Shown here piece by piece: positions 26,530-40,048 of a stretch of DNA of 64,000 nucleotides. Positions within the stretch are counted from its first letter, which is position 1; each line of letters begins with the position of its first letter. A model generated the notes under the pieces. It did not search any database, was not told where the DNA came from, and saw only the letters and a list, made by a program, of their open reading frames with translations. The stretch is taken from the NCBI RefSeq assembly GCF_006345805.1, contig NC_043000.1, positions 25,606,001 through 25,670,000 on the forward strand. Direction: 5' to 3'. The position numbers were made by a program, and so were the translations under genes. Origin of the DNA: Octopus sinensis (taxonomy: Eukaryota).

Positions 26530-27570
26530 GCATAGCTGGTAGAATAGATTGAGAGAAGTTCAGAGAGCCCCTACCTCAGTTGGTAATGAAAGGCCCCTTC
26601 CCTCAGTGTGAAAGGCAGATTGTATGATGCCTGTGTACAAACAGATATGCTACATGGCAGTGAAACATGGGTTGTGACAGCCGAGGACATGTGTAGGCTT
26701 GAAAGAAATGAAACCAGTATGCTCCGCTGGATGGGTAATGTCGGTGTTCATATTATATGACAGAGTGTAAGTGATTTGAGAGAAAACGGAGTATATGGGG
26801 TATCAGATGTGGCATCAGGACAAAATCCCCCTGGACAAATTTTATACAAAAATATCAACTGATATTTATTTATTTATTTTTTTTTTTTTTACAAAATTTC
26901 ACTTTGAAATATTTTTATTGTATAGAAAGAACAAAGGCAGTGAGTTGGCAGAAATGTTAGTACACCGGGTGAAATGCTTAGTGGTATTTCATCTGTTGTT
27001 ATGTTCTGAGTTCAAATTCCACTGAGGTCAACTTTGCCTTTCATCCTTTCAGGGTTGATTAAATAAGTACCAGTTACGCACTGGGTCGATGTAATTGACT
27101 TAATTACTTTGTCTGTCCTTGTTTTCCCCCTCTATGTTAGCCCCTTGTAGGCAATAAAGAAATAAGAAAGAACAATATCCTGGGGGATTTTGACTGCCAG
27201 GGAATTTTGTCCAGAAGGGATTTTATCCTAGCACCATCAGATGTAGTGTGCAAGAGAGAAGACTATGCTGGTATGGCCATGTAATGCATATGAATGAAGA
27301 CTGTTGCATCAGGGGGTTGCTGATCTCTAATTGTAGAGGGAACATGTGTAAGGGGTAGACTCCGGAAGACGTGGGATGAAGGGGTGAGAAAGGACCTGTG
27401 CTGGTGCTGTGTAAAAGCACCAAGTACACTCTGTAAAGTGGTTGGTGTTAGGAAGGGTATCCGGCCATAGAAACCATGCCAAAACAGAATAGGACACCTG
27501 GGCAGCTCTTCAGCTGTCCAGCATCTGTCAAACTGTCCAACCCATGCCAGCATGGAAAATGGACATTAAT
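26530..27570 (+). mobile_element. Decayed RTE LINE fragment with nested elements
   Basis: KGRLYDACV..LHGSETW..RLERNETSMLRW, then RRLCWYGHVMHM after the MITE, followed by the 3' UTR repeat. Confidence 0.75.
26812..27236. mobile_element. MITE with subterminal repeats, inserted in an RTE fragment and carrying a nested SINE (~26935-27165)
   Basis: caggacaaaatccccctggacaaa .. ttttgtccagaagggattttatcctag. The RTE reading frame continues on both sides. Confidence 0.5.
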
Positions 27571-28132
27571 TGAAGAATATATAAATCATCATCATCATTG
27601 TTTAATGTCCGTTTTCCATGCTGGCATGGGTTGGACAGTTCGACTGACACCAGGCTCCAGTCTGATCAGGCAGTGTTTCTACAGCTGGATGCCCTTCCTA
27701 ATGCCAACCCCTTTCGAGAGTGTAGTGGGTGTTTTTTTTACGTACCACAATCAGATGGTGCTTTTTACATACCACCAGCACAGAAGCCAGACAAGGTGGC
27801 GCTGGCATCAGCCACATTCGGATGGTGCTTTTTACGTGCCACCGGCACAGGGACCACAACTGCAATTTCCATTTGATTTTGATGTGCTTGACTCAATAGG
27901 TCTGTCTTTGTGTCTGTGTTTGTCCCCCAGCACCATTTGACAATCAATATTGGTATGTTTAAATACCTGTAACTTAGTGGTTTAGCAAAAGAGACTAACA
28001 GAGTAAGTACCAAGCAAATAAAGTAAAAGTGGGGTCGATTCAATCGACTAAAAATACTTCAAGGTAGTGCCCCAGTGTGGGATACTACCTAATAATGTCT
28101 GAAACAAGTAAAGGATAAATGGTGTATGTGCA

Positions 28133-29410
28133 CAGGGTGCAATGGGTAAATTGTCACCATTTTATATTTTTAATTTTGCACATGTGCATTGTTTGTTTTT
28201 GATTTTGTTGACTACATAGTATAGTAGGGTCAGTTGGGCACCATCTGTGAGAAAAACAGCACTGTGATGCAATTCACTCTGCCAGAAATTTGGAAATGAC
28301 ATGCTGTACTGCTTGGTATTCACACCAGAAGCTCCAATATGAACATTTCGGAGTGTTTGGGTGTCAATGTGAGGACAGTGCAGAGGATTCGGAAAGAGTT
28401 GGATGAGTCTAATGGTGATTATGAAGGCATGGCAGCTTGGGAAACTCACTCTGATCGTTCTGGGAAGAAAAGAACTTTTGAATTTGTTGGTGAGAGTCAG
28501 GCCATGATTGACAACAATCCCCCCAAGTCAATCAGGTCCAGCATCAGGGACATGGGAGCGTCTGAGTTTCTCATAAGGCAGGTAGTGCATGAAGACATTT
28601 GGTATTCCTCATACAAGATGAGAAAGGGCCAATTTTTATCCCAAGCCATCAAGGACGAGGACAGACGGCACTATGAAGCTTTTGAACAAACTCAAGCATC
28701 CCCTCCAACCAATCGTGCTTTGGTTTTTCTCAGATGAGAAAAGTTTCTGTCAGGATCAGATGGTGAAAACACAGAACAACCGTTGGCTTGCCATGTCTCC
28801 AAAATATGTACTGAGAGTGATAAAAATCAAACATCCAGTCAACATCATGGTGTTTGGAGTGTCGGCGACATTATGCTTCCAGTCATCTTCCCACATGGCC
28901 TCAGACTCAACACAGAGGCCTACATTGAATGCCTGGAGGTGGTAGTGCTGCCCTGGGTCAAGAGGGTGGCTGCTGGAAGACCCTATGTCTGGTAACAGGA
29001 CTTTGCACCATGCCACACAAGCAGGAGACCCTAGTCATGGCTGTCAGACACTTTCTGCGACCACATCACCCCTAACATCTGGCCACCTAACTTCTCACAC
29101 TGCAACCCTCTTGATTATTATGTGTGGGGTGCAGTTGAGCAAGTGACCAACAAAACTCCTTGTAACACCGCAGATGAACTGTAGGCAAGGATTATGGCAC
29201 CATTCACCAACTTAAACAAGCAGACCATCCAGAAGAGTTGCAGGAGATTTTGAAGTCATCTGGAGGCCATGGTTGAAGCCAATGGGGATTTTATTGAATA
29301 AATTTACTCTTTAGTATTTCAAGATATTTTTATGTAAGTTTGGTAAATACATCTGTTAAAATGAGATGTATTATTTTCATATTTGCGTAATTTAGATGAC
29401 AATTTACACA
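28133..29410 (+). mobile_element. Decayed Tc1/mariner-superfamily DD37D (maT-type) transposon
   Basis: Frameshifted transposase at ~28339-29301: HTH-like N-terminus, WFFSDEK, IMVFGV, then QD-37 residues-D (..WPPNFSHCNPLDYYVWG). Degenerate TIRs gtaaattgtcacc / gatgacaatttac. Confidence 0.85.
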
Positions 29411-30773
29411 CACACACACACCACACACACACACACACACATATATCTCTATTGATGTAGATATATATGCATATATAAACTGACAGTTACATGAAAACTC
29501 ATCATCATCACTTAATGTTCCATGTTCCTTGCTGGCATGGGTTGGCCAGTTTGACAGCGTCCAGTGGGACCAGGAGCTGCATTGTGCTCTATTGTCTACT
29601 TTGGCATCACTTCCACAACTTGAAGTCCTTCCTAACACCAACCACTTTCCAGCTCATAGAAGGTGCTGTTTTTGTGCCCCCAACATTGAGATTGCTGCCA
29701 TGCAGTTTACAAATCTACGAACCTTGAGAATGGCAGCTTTATGGCAGGAGACAATATGGTGAAAGTAGAAGAGAAGCAGCTAGAGTAGAAAGAGTTTCTT
29801 GCCTTTAAGGATCCACATTGCTACTCTGATTTTAAAAAGGAGACTGAAGCAGGATTGGATTGGAGTGGAGTAGAGATACAAATAGTGGTGATGAGACATG
29901 TGTGAAACCCCACTGATTTCCTCCACAAAACTGGCAAAATGAGCCCTGCAAGTTGGGGTGGCTATTGCAGTAAGTGGCTGGCCATTCTCTGTGGCAATGC
30001 CTTTGCGATCATGTCTGTGAGGTACCGCTGAACATGCCACTTGTTCTGGGGTATACAACTCACTACTCCCTCCACCCCCATTTTCTGCCATTTAACTCCC
30101 CCCACCTTTTTTTTATTTTACTTTGTTTCCTTGGTGAGGTAGTTATGGAGGGTGGGGTGGTATTCTTGATAATTTGATCTGTTATACTTTTAACGCTTTT
30201 CCTCTTTTTTCTCGTCCTGTAAAAATGTCCTTCATGAACTAGGTTCATAAATAAGGCAGTGAGCTGGCAAAATTGTTAGCACGCCGGGCAAAATGCTTAA
30301 TGGCATTTCATCTGTCTTTACGTTTTGAGTTCAAATTCCACCGAGGTCAACTTTGCTTTTCTTTCTTTTGGAGTCAATAAATTAAGTACCAGTTGTGTAC
30401 TGGGGTCATTCTAATCGACTGCCCCACCTCCCACAGAATTTCAGGCCTTGTGCCTATAATAGAAAGAATTATTCGAGCGAGGTTATTGCCAGTGCCACTG
30501 GACTGTCTCCTGTGCAGGTGGCACTTAAAAAGCAACATTTGAGTGTGGCCGTTGCCAGTACCGCCTGACTGACCCTTGTACTGGTGGCACGTAAAAGCAC
30601 CCACTACACTCTTGGAGTGGTTGGCGTTAGGAAGGGCATCAAGCTGTAGAAACTCTGCCAGATCAGATTGGAGGCTGGTGCAGCCATCTGGCTTGCCAGT
30701 TCTCAGTCAAATCGTCCAACCCATGCTAACATGGAAAGCGGACATTAAACGATGATGATTATTATTATTATTA

Positions 30774-30807
<34 letters not shown>

Positions 30808-31446
30808 GCAGTGAGCTGGCAGAATCGTTAGCAAGCCAGGCAAATACTTAGTCGTACTTCAAAAATTACTGTTCTGAGTTCAAATTCTGCCAAGGTCAAC
30901 TTTGCCTTTCATCCTTTCGGGGTCAACAAATTAAGTACCAGTTACGCACTGGGGACGATGTAATCAAGTTATCCTCCTCCTCTCCCCCGAAATTGCTGGC
31001 CTTGCACCAAAATTTGAAACCAATTAGGTCATATGTACAAGGGGATTGGAAGCGAAAGGAAGGGAAGGTGCAGAAGAACCAGGGTTACGGGTAGGTAGAG
31101 GTTACATGGGTGTATGGAAGCTGCAGATGAAGAGTGGGGTGGATGGGGGAATGAAAGCTACAGAAAACAGAAATATTTCATTTTAACATTGAAAAAGATT
31201 ACAGCAAAAAAAAAAAAAAGCACTTCAGAGAAGACGATAAGGTTTTTGTTACGTTTTTTGTTTTGTTTTTTTTTTTTTATTTAAGGATAAAATTTATGGA
31301 AGCCTGAGTTCAATAAAATATAAAATATCTTCTCTGAAATAAATTTATTTCTGCAAATCCTCAGGAGATATTTGACAGGTTGAACTTGTCTGTTTCCTTT
31401 CCATGCAATATGTATTGAATATTTATCTGAAGAAGAAGAAGAAGAG

Positions 31447-31915
31447 GTGGTGGTGGCAGTGAAGCCAGCAGCAGCAGTAGTGGTGGTGGTGATGGTGGTA
31501 GTAATTGTAGTGGTGGCGGCAGTTGCAGCAGTGGTGATGGTGGTGATAGCAGTGAAGCCAGCAGTAGTAGTGGTAGTAGTAGTAGTTATTGTTGTAGTTG
31601 CATTGGGAATGATGGCAGTGGTGGTGGTGGTGGTGATGGTGGTAGTAGTTGTAGTGGTGGTGGCAGTAGCAGCAGTGTTGGTGATGGTGGTGGTAGCAGT
31701 GATGGCAGTAGTAGTAGTGGTAGTAGTAGTAGTTATTGTTGTAGTTGCATTGGGAATGATGGCAGTGGTGATGGTGGTAGTAGCAGTGAAGCCAGTGGTG
31801 GTAGTAGTAGTAGTAGTTATTGTAGTAGTTGCACTGAGAATGATGGCAGTGGTGATGGTGGTAGTAGTTGTAGTAGTGGCAGCAGTGATGAAGGTAGTAT
31901 TGGTGGTGGTAGTAC
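31447..31915. repeat. (GTG/GTA/GCA)n trinucleotide array with three higher-order blocks
   Basis: The block gttattgt.gtagttgca.tg.gaatgatggcagtg recurs near 31585, 31730 and 31815. Confidence 0.9.
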
Positions 31916-34900
31916 AACCTCGGTAAAGCTTTTGAGAGTAAGTTTTCCATAGACGCTGAAGGACATATTAGCCGTTACGTGATGTACAACATATACATGA
32001 TATACAGATAACAGGGTGAGTGTAATATAGTATAGGCTGTAGTGAGGTGGTTGAGATGCTTCACAGACAAGATACAGCTGGATTGGCTGAACGATAAAGT
32101 TGGAAAACAAAAAAGTAAAATTTTAAAATTCCTTATGGTGTTTTGGGAGTATCTAAAATCAACCTCTTGATGATGTCATCATCGTGATTCATCATCATCA
32201 TCGTCGTTTAATGTCTGCTTTCCATGCTAGCATGGGTTGGACGATTTGACTGAGGACTGGCGAACCAGCTGGCTGCACCAGGCTCCAGTCTGATCTGGCA
32301 GCGTTTCTACAGCTGGATGCCCTTCCTAACGCCAACCACTCCGTGAGTGTTGTGGGTGCTTGTTATGTGCCACCAGCACAGGTGCCAGAGGAGGCTGGCA
32401 AATGGCCACGATTGGTTGGTGCTTTTATGTGTCACCAACATAGATGCCAGTCAGGCGGTGCTGGCATCTGCCACATTCGAACAGTGCTTTTAACAGCCAC
32501 GATCAGTTGGTGCTTTTACGTGTCACCGACATGGATGCCAGTCAGGTGGCGCTGGCATCTTCCACGTTCAGACGGTGCTTTTAATGTGTCACTGGCATGA
32601 GTATCTTAACTACAATTTCCATTTGATGTTGATGTTAACGTACTTGACTCAGTAGGTCTCCTCAAGTACAGCGGGTCACTCTACGACCCAAGATTAGCAG
32701 TCATCACCATTTTAACCCCCATGGCAACGGTTTTCCATCAGGCAATTAGGTTGCACTGACGGTAATTATCTCGGCCAATAACGGAGTGGTTGGCGTTAGG
32801 AAGGGCATCCAGCTGTAGAAACATTGCCAGATTAGACTGGAGCCTGGTGCAGCCTTCTGGCTTCCCAGAACCCCGGTCGAACCGTCCAACCCATGCTAGC
32901 ATGGAGAACGGACGTTAAACGATGATGATGATGATGATGATGAATATCAGCAATCAGCACACGACAATGGTTCGGTGTATGTTTACGCAAACTGCTTTCA
33001 AGCATGCACTGTTTATTTATGTGAACTGTTATCACTGCGAGGACTGGAAATTCAATGAAACTGGCATGGCTGGATGCGACTGTAAATTCTGTGAAGGACC
33101 ACAAGAATTTGCTGAACATGTATGAATTTGATAGGAAGTCGTAGTGGAAATGGTAGGGTAACCACCCAAAAACTGCTGCTTTTATGCTATTATGGTAATA
33201 CGGTGGCACGTAAAAATCACCATCCGAACGTGCCGATGCCAGCGCTGCCTTGACTGGCTTCCGTGCCGGTGGCACGTAAAAAGCACCAACTGATCGTGGC
33301 CATTGCCAGCCTCACCTGGCACCTGTGCCGGTGGCACGTGAAAAGCACCCACTACACTCACGGATTGGTTGGCGTTAGGAAGGGCATCCAGCTGTAGAAA
33401 TACTACCAGATCAGACTGAAGCTTGGTGCAGCCTCCTGGTTTCCCAGATCCTGGTCGAACCGTCCAACCCATTCTAGCATGGAAAACAGATGTTAAACAA
33501 TGATGATGATGATGAAGTCTTGAACTGAGTTGGAAATATTTACACGAAGAGCCTAACAAACCTATCAGATTCCTTGAAATTTGCATGGTGGCTTATATTA
33601 TTGATTCCATGAGTGATAGCAGATATTTAAGATATTTGTATCAATCAGTACACAAACAGGTACAAAACCACAGCAGATAGGGCTGCGTGTATTTTCGTTG
33701 ACTGATTCAAAGCAAGTACACAGCACACGTAAATTTACATCAACCAATGTTATGGAGTTAGTGTTCACCTTTCCAAGATGGCATGGGTTGGACAGAAGTC
33801 AGTGAGACAGATTTTCTATAGCTGGATCCCCTTCCTGTCAGCAATCATCACCTGTTTCCAAGCAATTTAAAGTATTTCGCCATGGTTGGGCATGTTTTTG
33901 CAGAGGACAGGAAATGAACAGCATTGTTTGAATGACTGATTCTTATTCAAAACTATCAGAGGATGTGAGGACAAGGGGCCACAAGCATACTCTTCCTCTC
34001 TCTCTCTCTCTCTCTCTCATACACGATGGATTTCTTTCAGCATCCATCTACCAAATCCACTCACAAGGCTTTTGTCAACCTGGGAATATAGTAAAAGGTG
34101 CCACATAGTGAGATTGAACCTGACACCATGTGGTTGGGAAGCAAATTTCTTAACTATCAATCACATCTGCCCCTTATAGTGTCATCATCATCATCATCAC
34201 CATCACCATCTAACATCCACTCTTCCATGCTTACACAGATCAGACAGTATTAGTTGAGGCAGATTTTCCAAGGGGCTGGATGCTACCCTTCCTGTTGCCA
34301 ATCCTTACCTTTTTTCCAAGCAAAGTAACATTTCTCATGGCCAGACATTTTTCACAGATGACAAGAAATGAACACTATCACATGATGTCACAACCTGACC
34401 ATACACACATGCATGCACACGTGTGTATGTGTGTGTGTGTGTTTGAGGGCTTCTTTTACTTCCCGTCTACCAAATCCACTCACAAGGCTTTGGTCAGCTT
34501 GGGGCTATAGTAGAAGACACTTGCCTAAGATGTCACACAGTGAGACTGAACCTGAATCCATATGTTTAGAAAGCAAATTTCTTAACCACACAGCCAAACC
34601 TATCTGTTATGATTTGTTTGCAATTATGAGTAACTGTGTGGTGGTAAGTAGCTTGCTTTGGTAGATGGAAACTCGAAGAAGCTTGTAATGTATGTGTGTG
34701 TGTGTGTATGTTTGTATATGTATATGTTTCTGTGTCTGTGTTTGTCCTCCTAACATTGCTTCACAACCGATGCTGTTGTGCTTAAGTCCCCATAACTTAG
34801 TGGTTCAGCAAAACAAACCAATAGAATAAGTACTAGGCTTACAAAGAATAAGTCCTGGGGTCAATTTGCTCGACTAAAAGCAGTGCTCCAGCATGGCCAC

Positions 34901-36914
34901 AGTCAAATGACTGAAACAAATAAAAGAATTCCAGATGAGATTTCTAACCAAATAATTCCATCATCAATGGATGTAGTTTAACAATCTTTGTCTTATCTTG
35001 AAGGAAGTGAGGAAAGAAAAGATGGGTCTGAAGTTTAAGAGCAGCTGGAACAAAGATAAACAGAATCAGTCTGAGCTAATCTGGTTTAATTCTGTTATTC
35101 TTTTACTTGCTTTGGCCATGCTGGGGCACTGTTTTAAAGCTTTTTTTAAAAAATTTTAGTTGATAAAAATCAAACTCCAGTACTTATTTTAAATTTAGTA
35201 TTTATTCTATCGTTTTCTTTTTGGCTGGACTGCTAAGTTATGAGAATGTAACCAAACCTACCCCAACTGTCATGTGATGAGAGAGGAACACACATATACA
35301 TGGAAACACAAACATGCACAGCACACACACGCACACATGCAGATACATCAGGTTACCACACCAGTTCTGGCCCACCAAGCTCACTCAAGACACTGGTCAG
35401 CTCAAGGCTGACTGTAAGTCCAGCCAACCGTGCTAAATTATCAGCAGACAGCTGCACTCACACTGAAGGAAACAAACGAAATATTGAAATGTCTGTGATT
35501 ATACTGATGTATCACTACTCTTTTACTTGTTTCAGTCATTTGACTGTGGCCATGCTGGAGCACCGCCTTTAGTCGAGCAAATCGACCCCGGGATTTATTC
35601 TTTGTAAGCCTAGTACTTATTCTATCGTCTCTTTTGCTGAACCACTAAGTTACGGGGATGTAAACACACCACCGTCGGTTGTCAAGCAATGTTGGGGGGA
35701 CAAACACAGACACACAAACATATACACACACACACATATATATATATACATATATACGACGGGCTTCTTTCAGTTTTCATCTACCAAATCCACTCACAAG
35801 GCTTTGGTCGGCCTGAGGCTATAGTAGAAGACACTTGCCCAAGGTGTCACGCAGTGGGACTGAACCCGGAACCATGTGGTTGATAAGCAAACTACTTACC
35901 ACACAGCCACTCCTACTTTGCTATCTTTCAGAGTTTTTTCTTTTTTTTTATTTCCAGTTTCCACTGTTCTGTTTTTTAGCAATATTCCATTGTACAGAGT
36001 GTGACAGAAATATCACCTGGCTTGGAAACAGGTGAGGGTTGGTACCAAGAAGGGTATCCAACCATAGAAAATCTGACACAACAAAGAATGTCTGACCCAT
36101 ACAAGCATGGACAATCATTATCATCATCACCATCATCCCCATCTTCATCATATAACGTTTTCTTTTTTCTATCCTGGCATACATTGAATGGTTTAACTAG
36201 AGCTGGCAAGACGGGGACCTGCACCAAACTCCAATTGTCTGTTTTGACAAGGTTTCTATTGCTGGATGCTCTTCCTAATGCCGACCACTTTACAAAGGAT
36301 ATTGAGTGCTTTTTACATGGCACCAGCACAGACATTAAAACACTGATGGTGATGATGATGTATGAGTGTGTGTGTGAGTGTGCAAAAGGTTTCCGCACAG
36401 TTTCCATCTACCTAAATTTCAATCTCAGAGCATTGGCCAACATGAGGTTTTGGTAGAAAGCAGTTACCCAAAGTGCCACACTTTAGTGTGTCACACATAT
36501 CTTATATGGCACCTCTGGTTGTGGTTGTACGATGTAATATATACAAAAAGGATTTGCTCTGTTTTGTTATTTTTACACCAGACTTTGTGCAATAAGTACT
36601 ACATCTTCCACGGACCCCTTTACTTGTGCTGATATCTCAGGAGATAATCTATGACATAACAAATAAATCCTACATCATGTTTCTTCTAAGTCATAGCATT
36701 AACCCCTTAATGCCTGTCGTTAATCATTCTTGACACTTCAGATATTGCTTTATTTTCGCAACAAAACAAACTAACAGAAAACATTGAAAACTTGGACGAA
36801 TTCTGAAGGTTTTTATAGTTAAACAACATCATCGCATGCAAGCAACTAAAAATATCTGGTGATTTTTCATATAATTATTGATATTTGAAATATATATGAA
36901 CGCGCACACACACG

Positions 36915-36918
36915 TGTA

Positions 36919-36959
<41 letters not shown>

Positions 36960-37009
36960 GTGTATATATATATATATAATGTGTATGTATGTATATATAT
37001 ATGTGTATG

Positions 37010-37044
<35 letters not shown>

Positions 37045-37102
37045 ATATATACATACATACCTATATATATATCTATATCATATATATGTATATATATATG
37101 TG

Positions 37103-37137
<35 letters not shown>

Positions 37138-37333
37138 ATATATATATACATACATACCTATATATATATATCTATATCATATATATATATATATAATGTG
37201 TATGTATGTATATATTTACACACATATGTATTTATATATGTATATATGTGTGTATATATACATACATATCTATATATATCTATATATATATATGTGTATG
37301 TATGTCTATATTTACACACACACACACACACAC
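36915..37333. repeat. Compound TA/TG/CA microsatellite
   Basis: Direct reading. Confidence 0.95.
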
Positions 37334-37499
37334 ATGATCTGCTGTAAGTGGTATTAAATTAAAATAACCATCTACGAAGTCCGATCAAAATGTATCAGGA
37401 TTGTTACTATGGTAACAGAGATAAAGTATGCAGAGTCAAGCCTCTTGGCACAGATTTGACCTTGAACATTGTTGCATATACATAATAAGTTATAACATT

Positions 37500-38346
37500 C
37501 ATTAATTTACATCATTTACATTTGACAGATACTTGTCCTCCTCTTGTTTGTTGTTAATACAACGTTTCGGCTGATATACCATTCAGCCTTCATCAGGTGT
37601 CTTGGGGAAATTTCGAACCTGGGTTCTCATTCCTAAGGTATTTTTCAATGCTATTATTATTATTATGACCTCCGGAAATATGCTGTGCTGCAGAAGACTT
37701 GGCAAGCGCAAGTGTGACCATAACCTTGTGGCCTATGCTAGGGGTGTAACCAGTCCACTTATGTGTGCCTTTTCTTCATTGGACACTAAACTCTGCTTGC
37801 GAAGACCGGTTGAAGCAAGTGAAATCAAAGTCAAAATCAAACTCGGTGACTGGCATCCGTTGCTAGTGGAGCGCTGTTGCCAGGGCAACAAGCTGACCTT
37901 TGTGCCAATGGCACGTTAAGCACACCATTCGAGCATGATCATTACCATATCGCCATACTAGCACTTGTGCTGGTGGCATGTGAAACATTTGAGCGAGGTC
38001 GTCGCCAGTGTCGCTGGACCGGCTCCTGTACAGGTGGCATGTAAAAAGCACCGTTTGGGCATGGCCGTTGCCAGTTCCACCAAACTGGCCCTCGTGCTGG
38101 TGGCATGTAAAAGCACCCACTACACTCTGGGAGTGGTTGGCGTTAGGAAGGGCATCCAGCAGTAGAACCTCTGCCAGATCAGATTGGATTCTGGTTCGCC
38201 AGACCTCAGTCACATCATCCAACCCATGCTAACATGGAAAGCGGACGTTAAATGATGATGATGATGATTGTTATTGTTCAGGTCATTGCTTGGAATCAAA
38301 CTCAGAATGTAAATAATGTACATAATTCCTCATCTCTTAAATATAG
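37500..38346. mobile_element. Hammerhead SINE, minus copy plus inverted 3' fragment, interrupted by an RTE 3' end (~37667-38267)
   Basis: Minus body ~37502-37668, minus head part ~38270-38308, plus-strand tail ~38308-38346. Perfect 13-bp TSD aagttataacatt at 37487-37499 and 38347-38359. Confidence 0.75.
37556..37601 (-). ncRNA. Minimal type I hammerhead ribozyme motif with intact core
   Basis: Minus strand reads gacac CTGATGA a ggctga atggtata tcagcc GAAA CGTT gtatt. Palindromic ACGT stem III and GUU cleavage triplet; one mismatch in stem I. Confidence 0.72.
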
Positions 38347-38803
38347 AAGTTATAACATTGTCGTTCACTTCTGCTGTTCATTGCAGTGCTCGGAAGTAAA
38401 GTGTGTTGAATGTGATCATCTGAAAAAAAAAAGGAACATGTTTCAGCTCCTTAGGATTTCTTTGATTGTATCGAAGATGATGAAGACTTTTTGTAAACGG
38501 TTATAACGGGTAACAAATCGTAGTTCTATGGCTATGACCCCGAAACCAAGGCTCAGTCTTCAAAGTGGAAGACCCCAACAAGATTTCAAGGAAATCCAAG
38601 GGAATTCAATAAGGCAGCTGCCTGTTACCACAAAAAGGAATTCCAGGAATGCTTCAGTCAATGGAAACGATGCTGGATAAAATGTGTGACTTCAGAAGGG
38701 GACTAAATGCTGAATTGTTATGCATTTGTAGTTTTGTTTTTATAGCATCACCATTGACTGTTAATATCACTGTCTCCTAACAATGTATATACATTAAGTA
38801 TGG

Positions 38804-39330
38804 AAACATAAGGACACAGGAAATTTGTCAAGTCCAACAGGAAACGGTGTTTCCTAAGGCTAAATAACTGTAGCATTCTTCCCTTTCATGGGACTGTCAC
38901 ATTAAGTTGACAACATGCTATCACTTTATTGTGCTGCTACTGCATAAATCCCTCTGAGAGATTTAGAACTATATTATTTCTATTTTCAAAAATCAGTGAA
39001 TGTATTTCACTTGAAATATATATGTTTTCAAAGGCTGATAGGCATCGACAGCTAGTAAACCATGCTACTCCAGACTGATGATGAGCAATGACTCTGAAAC
39101 TAGTCTCTGGGTGCTGGCTTTGCTGGGTGGAAGTGCTTATCTCCACTTTGAAAACATAAGGACACAGAAAATGTGTCAAGTCCAACAGGAAACGGTGTTC
39201 CTAGGGCTAAATAACAGTAGCATTCTTCCTTTTTATGGGACTGCCACATAAGTTGACAACATGCTATCACTTTATTGTGCTGCTACTGCATAAATCTCCC
39301 TGAGAGATTTAGAAATGTAATATTTCTATT
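38804..39330 (+). mobile_element. Penelope pLTR-/retrozyme-like 1.5-mer (~348-bp period)
   Basis: ~180-bp direct repeats at 38804-38983 and 39152-39330 flank a hammerhead. Distantly homologous to the 18135-19050 unit. Confidence 0.65.
39070..39110 (+). ncRNA. Minimal type I hammerhead ribozyme motif
   Basis: ccaga CTGATGA tgag caatga ctct GAAAC TA GTC tctgg. Stem I is ccaga/tctgg and stem II is gag/ctc. Stem III palindrome ACTAGT, GUC cleavage triplet. Confidence 0.72.
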
Positions 39331-40048
39331 ATCAGTTAGATGACTATTTTAATTTAGTACCATTTCTGTTTCAAGCAGAACAAATATGTGACATCACAAA
39401 GAGAACAACTGGCAGGAGATCATCCTGAAGGGTTTGGCTTAGATCACCAAAAATGTTACTGAATACAAAAAAGCATCAAAGAAGAGTGGAAGGTATAAAA
39501 CCTGAATTGTTGTGACCGCAACAACCAAGATGAGGACATGACTGTGAATATATCATTTAAGTTAATGTTAGTTTCAAATTTTGGCACAAGGCCAGCAAGT
39601 TTGGGTCAGGGGATAAATCGATTAAATCAACCCCAGTGTTTAACTGGTACTTACTTTTTTTTTTTTTTGGCTCTGAAAGAATGAAAGACAAAGTCAACCC
39701 TGGCAGGATTTGAACTCAGAACATGAAGACCGACGGAATACCACTATGCATTTTGCCTGGTATGCAAACAATTCTGTCAGCTCAATACCTTCAGTTAATG
39801 TTAATATATTTAATGAAGGAAGCATCAAAACATACAAGAGAAATTGTGTATTGTAGGTGAATTAAAAAAAAGAACCCATTATTCATTGATGTAATTTCTC
39901 AACTTACTGGTTCTGTGACTTAGTCTCAATTAACAGGTGGTGCTATTTCACTTCATTTACCTTACTAATGAGCTTTGAGTTGTTAGGAACATTGTATGAT
40001 TTATAAATATGAAACCATGTGATTCTATAAATATAAGAAAAACATTAA

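Larger units (their letters stand above)
37372..38760 (+). mobile_element. Internally deleted mariner remnant hosting later insertions
   Basis: ~38500-38577 translates ITGNKS*FYGYDPETKAQSSKWK, the mariner TGDETW..YDPETK motif. ~38640-38705 gives FQECFSQWK..DKCVTSEGD, the mariner C-terminus. Confidence 0.7.

Noticed and set aside
29910-30085. Inverted similarity to 51560-51750
   Set aside because: Highly diverged and best explained as two copies of an old dispersed repeat.
31423-31950. His/Tyr-rich and Val-rich ORFs
   Set aside because: Simple trinucleotide repeat expansion.
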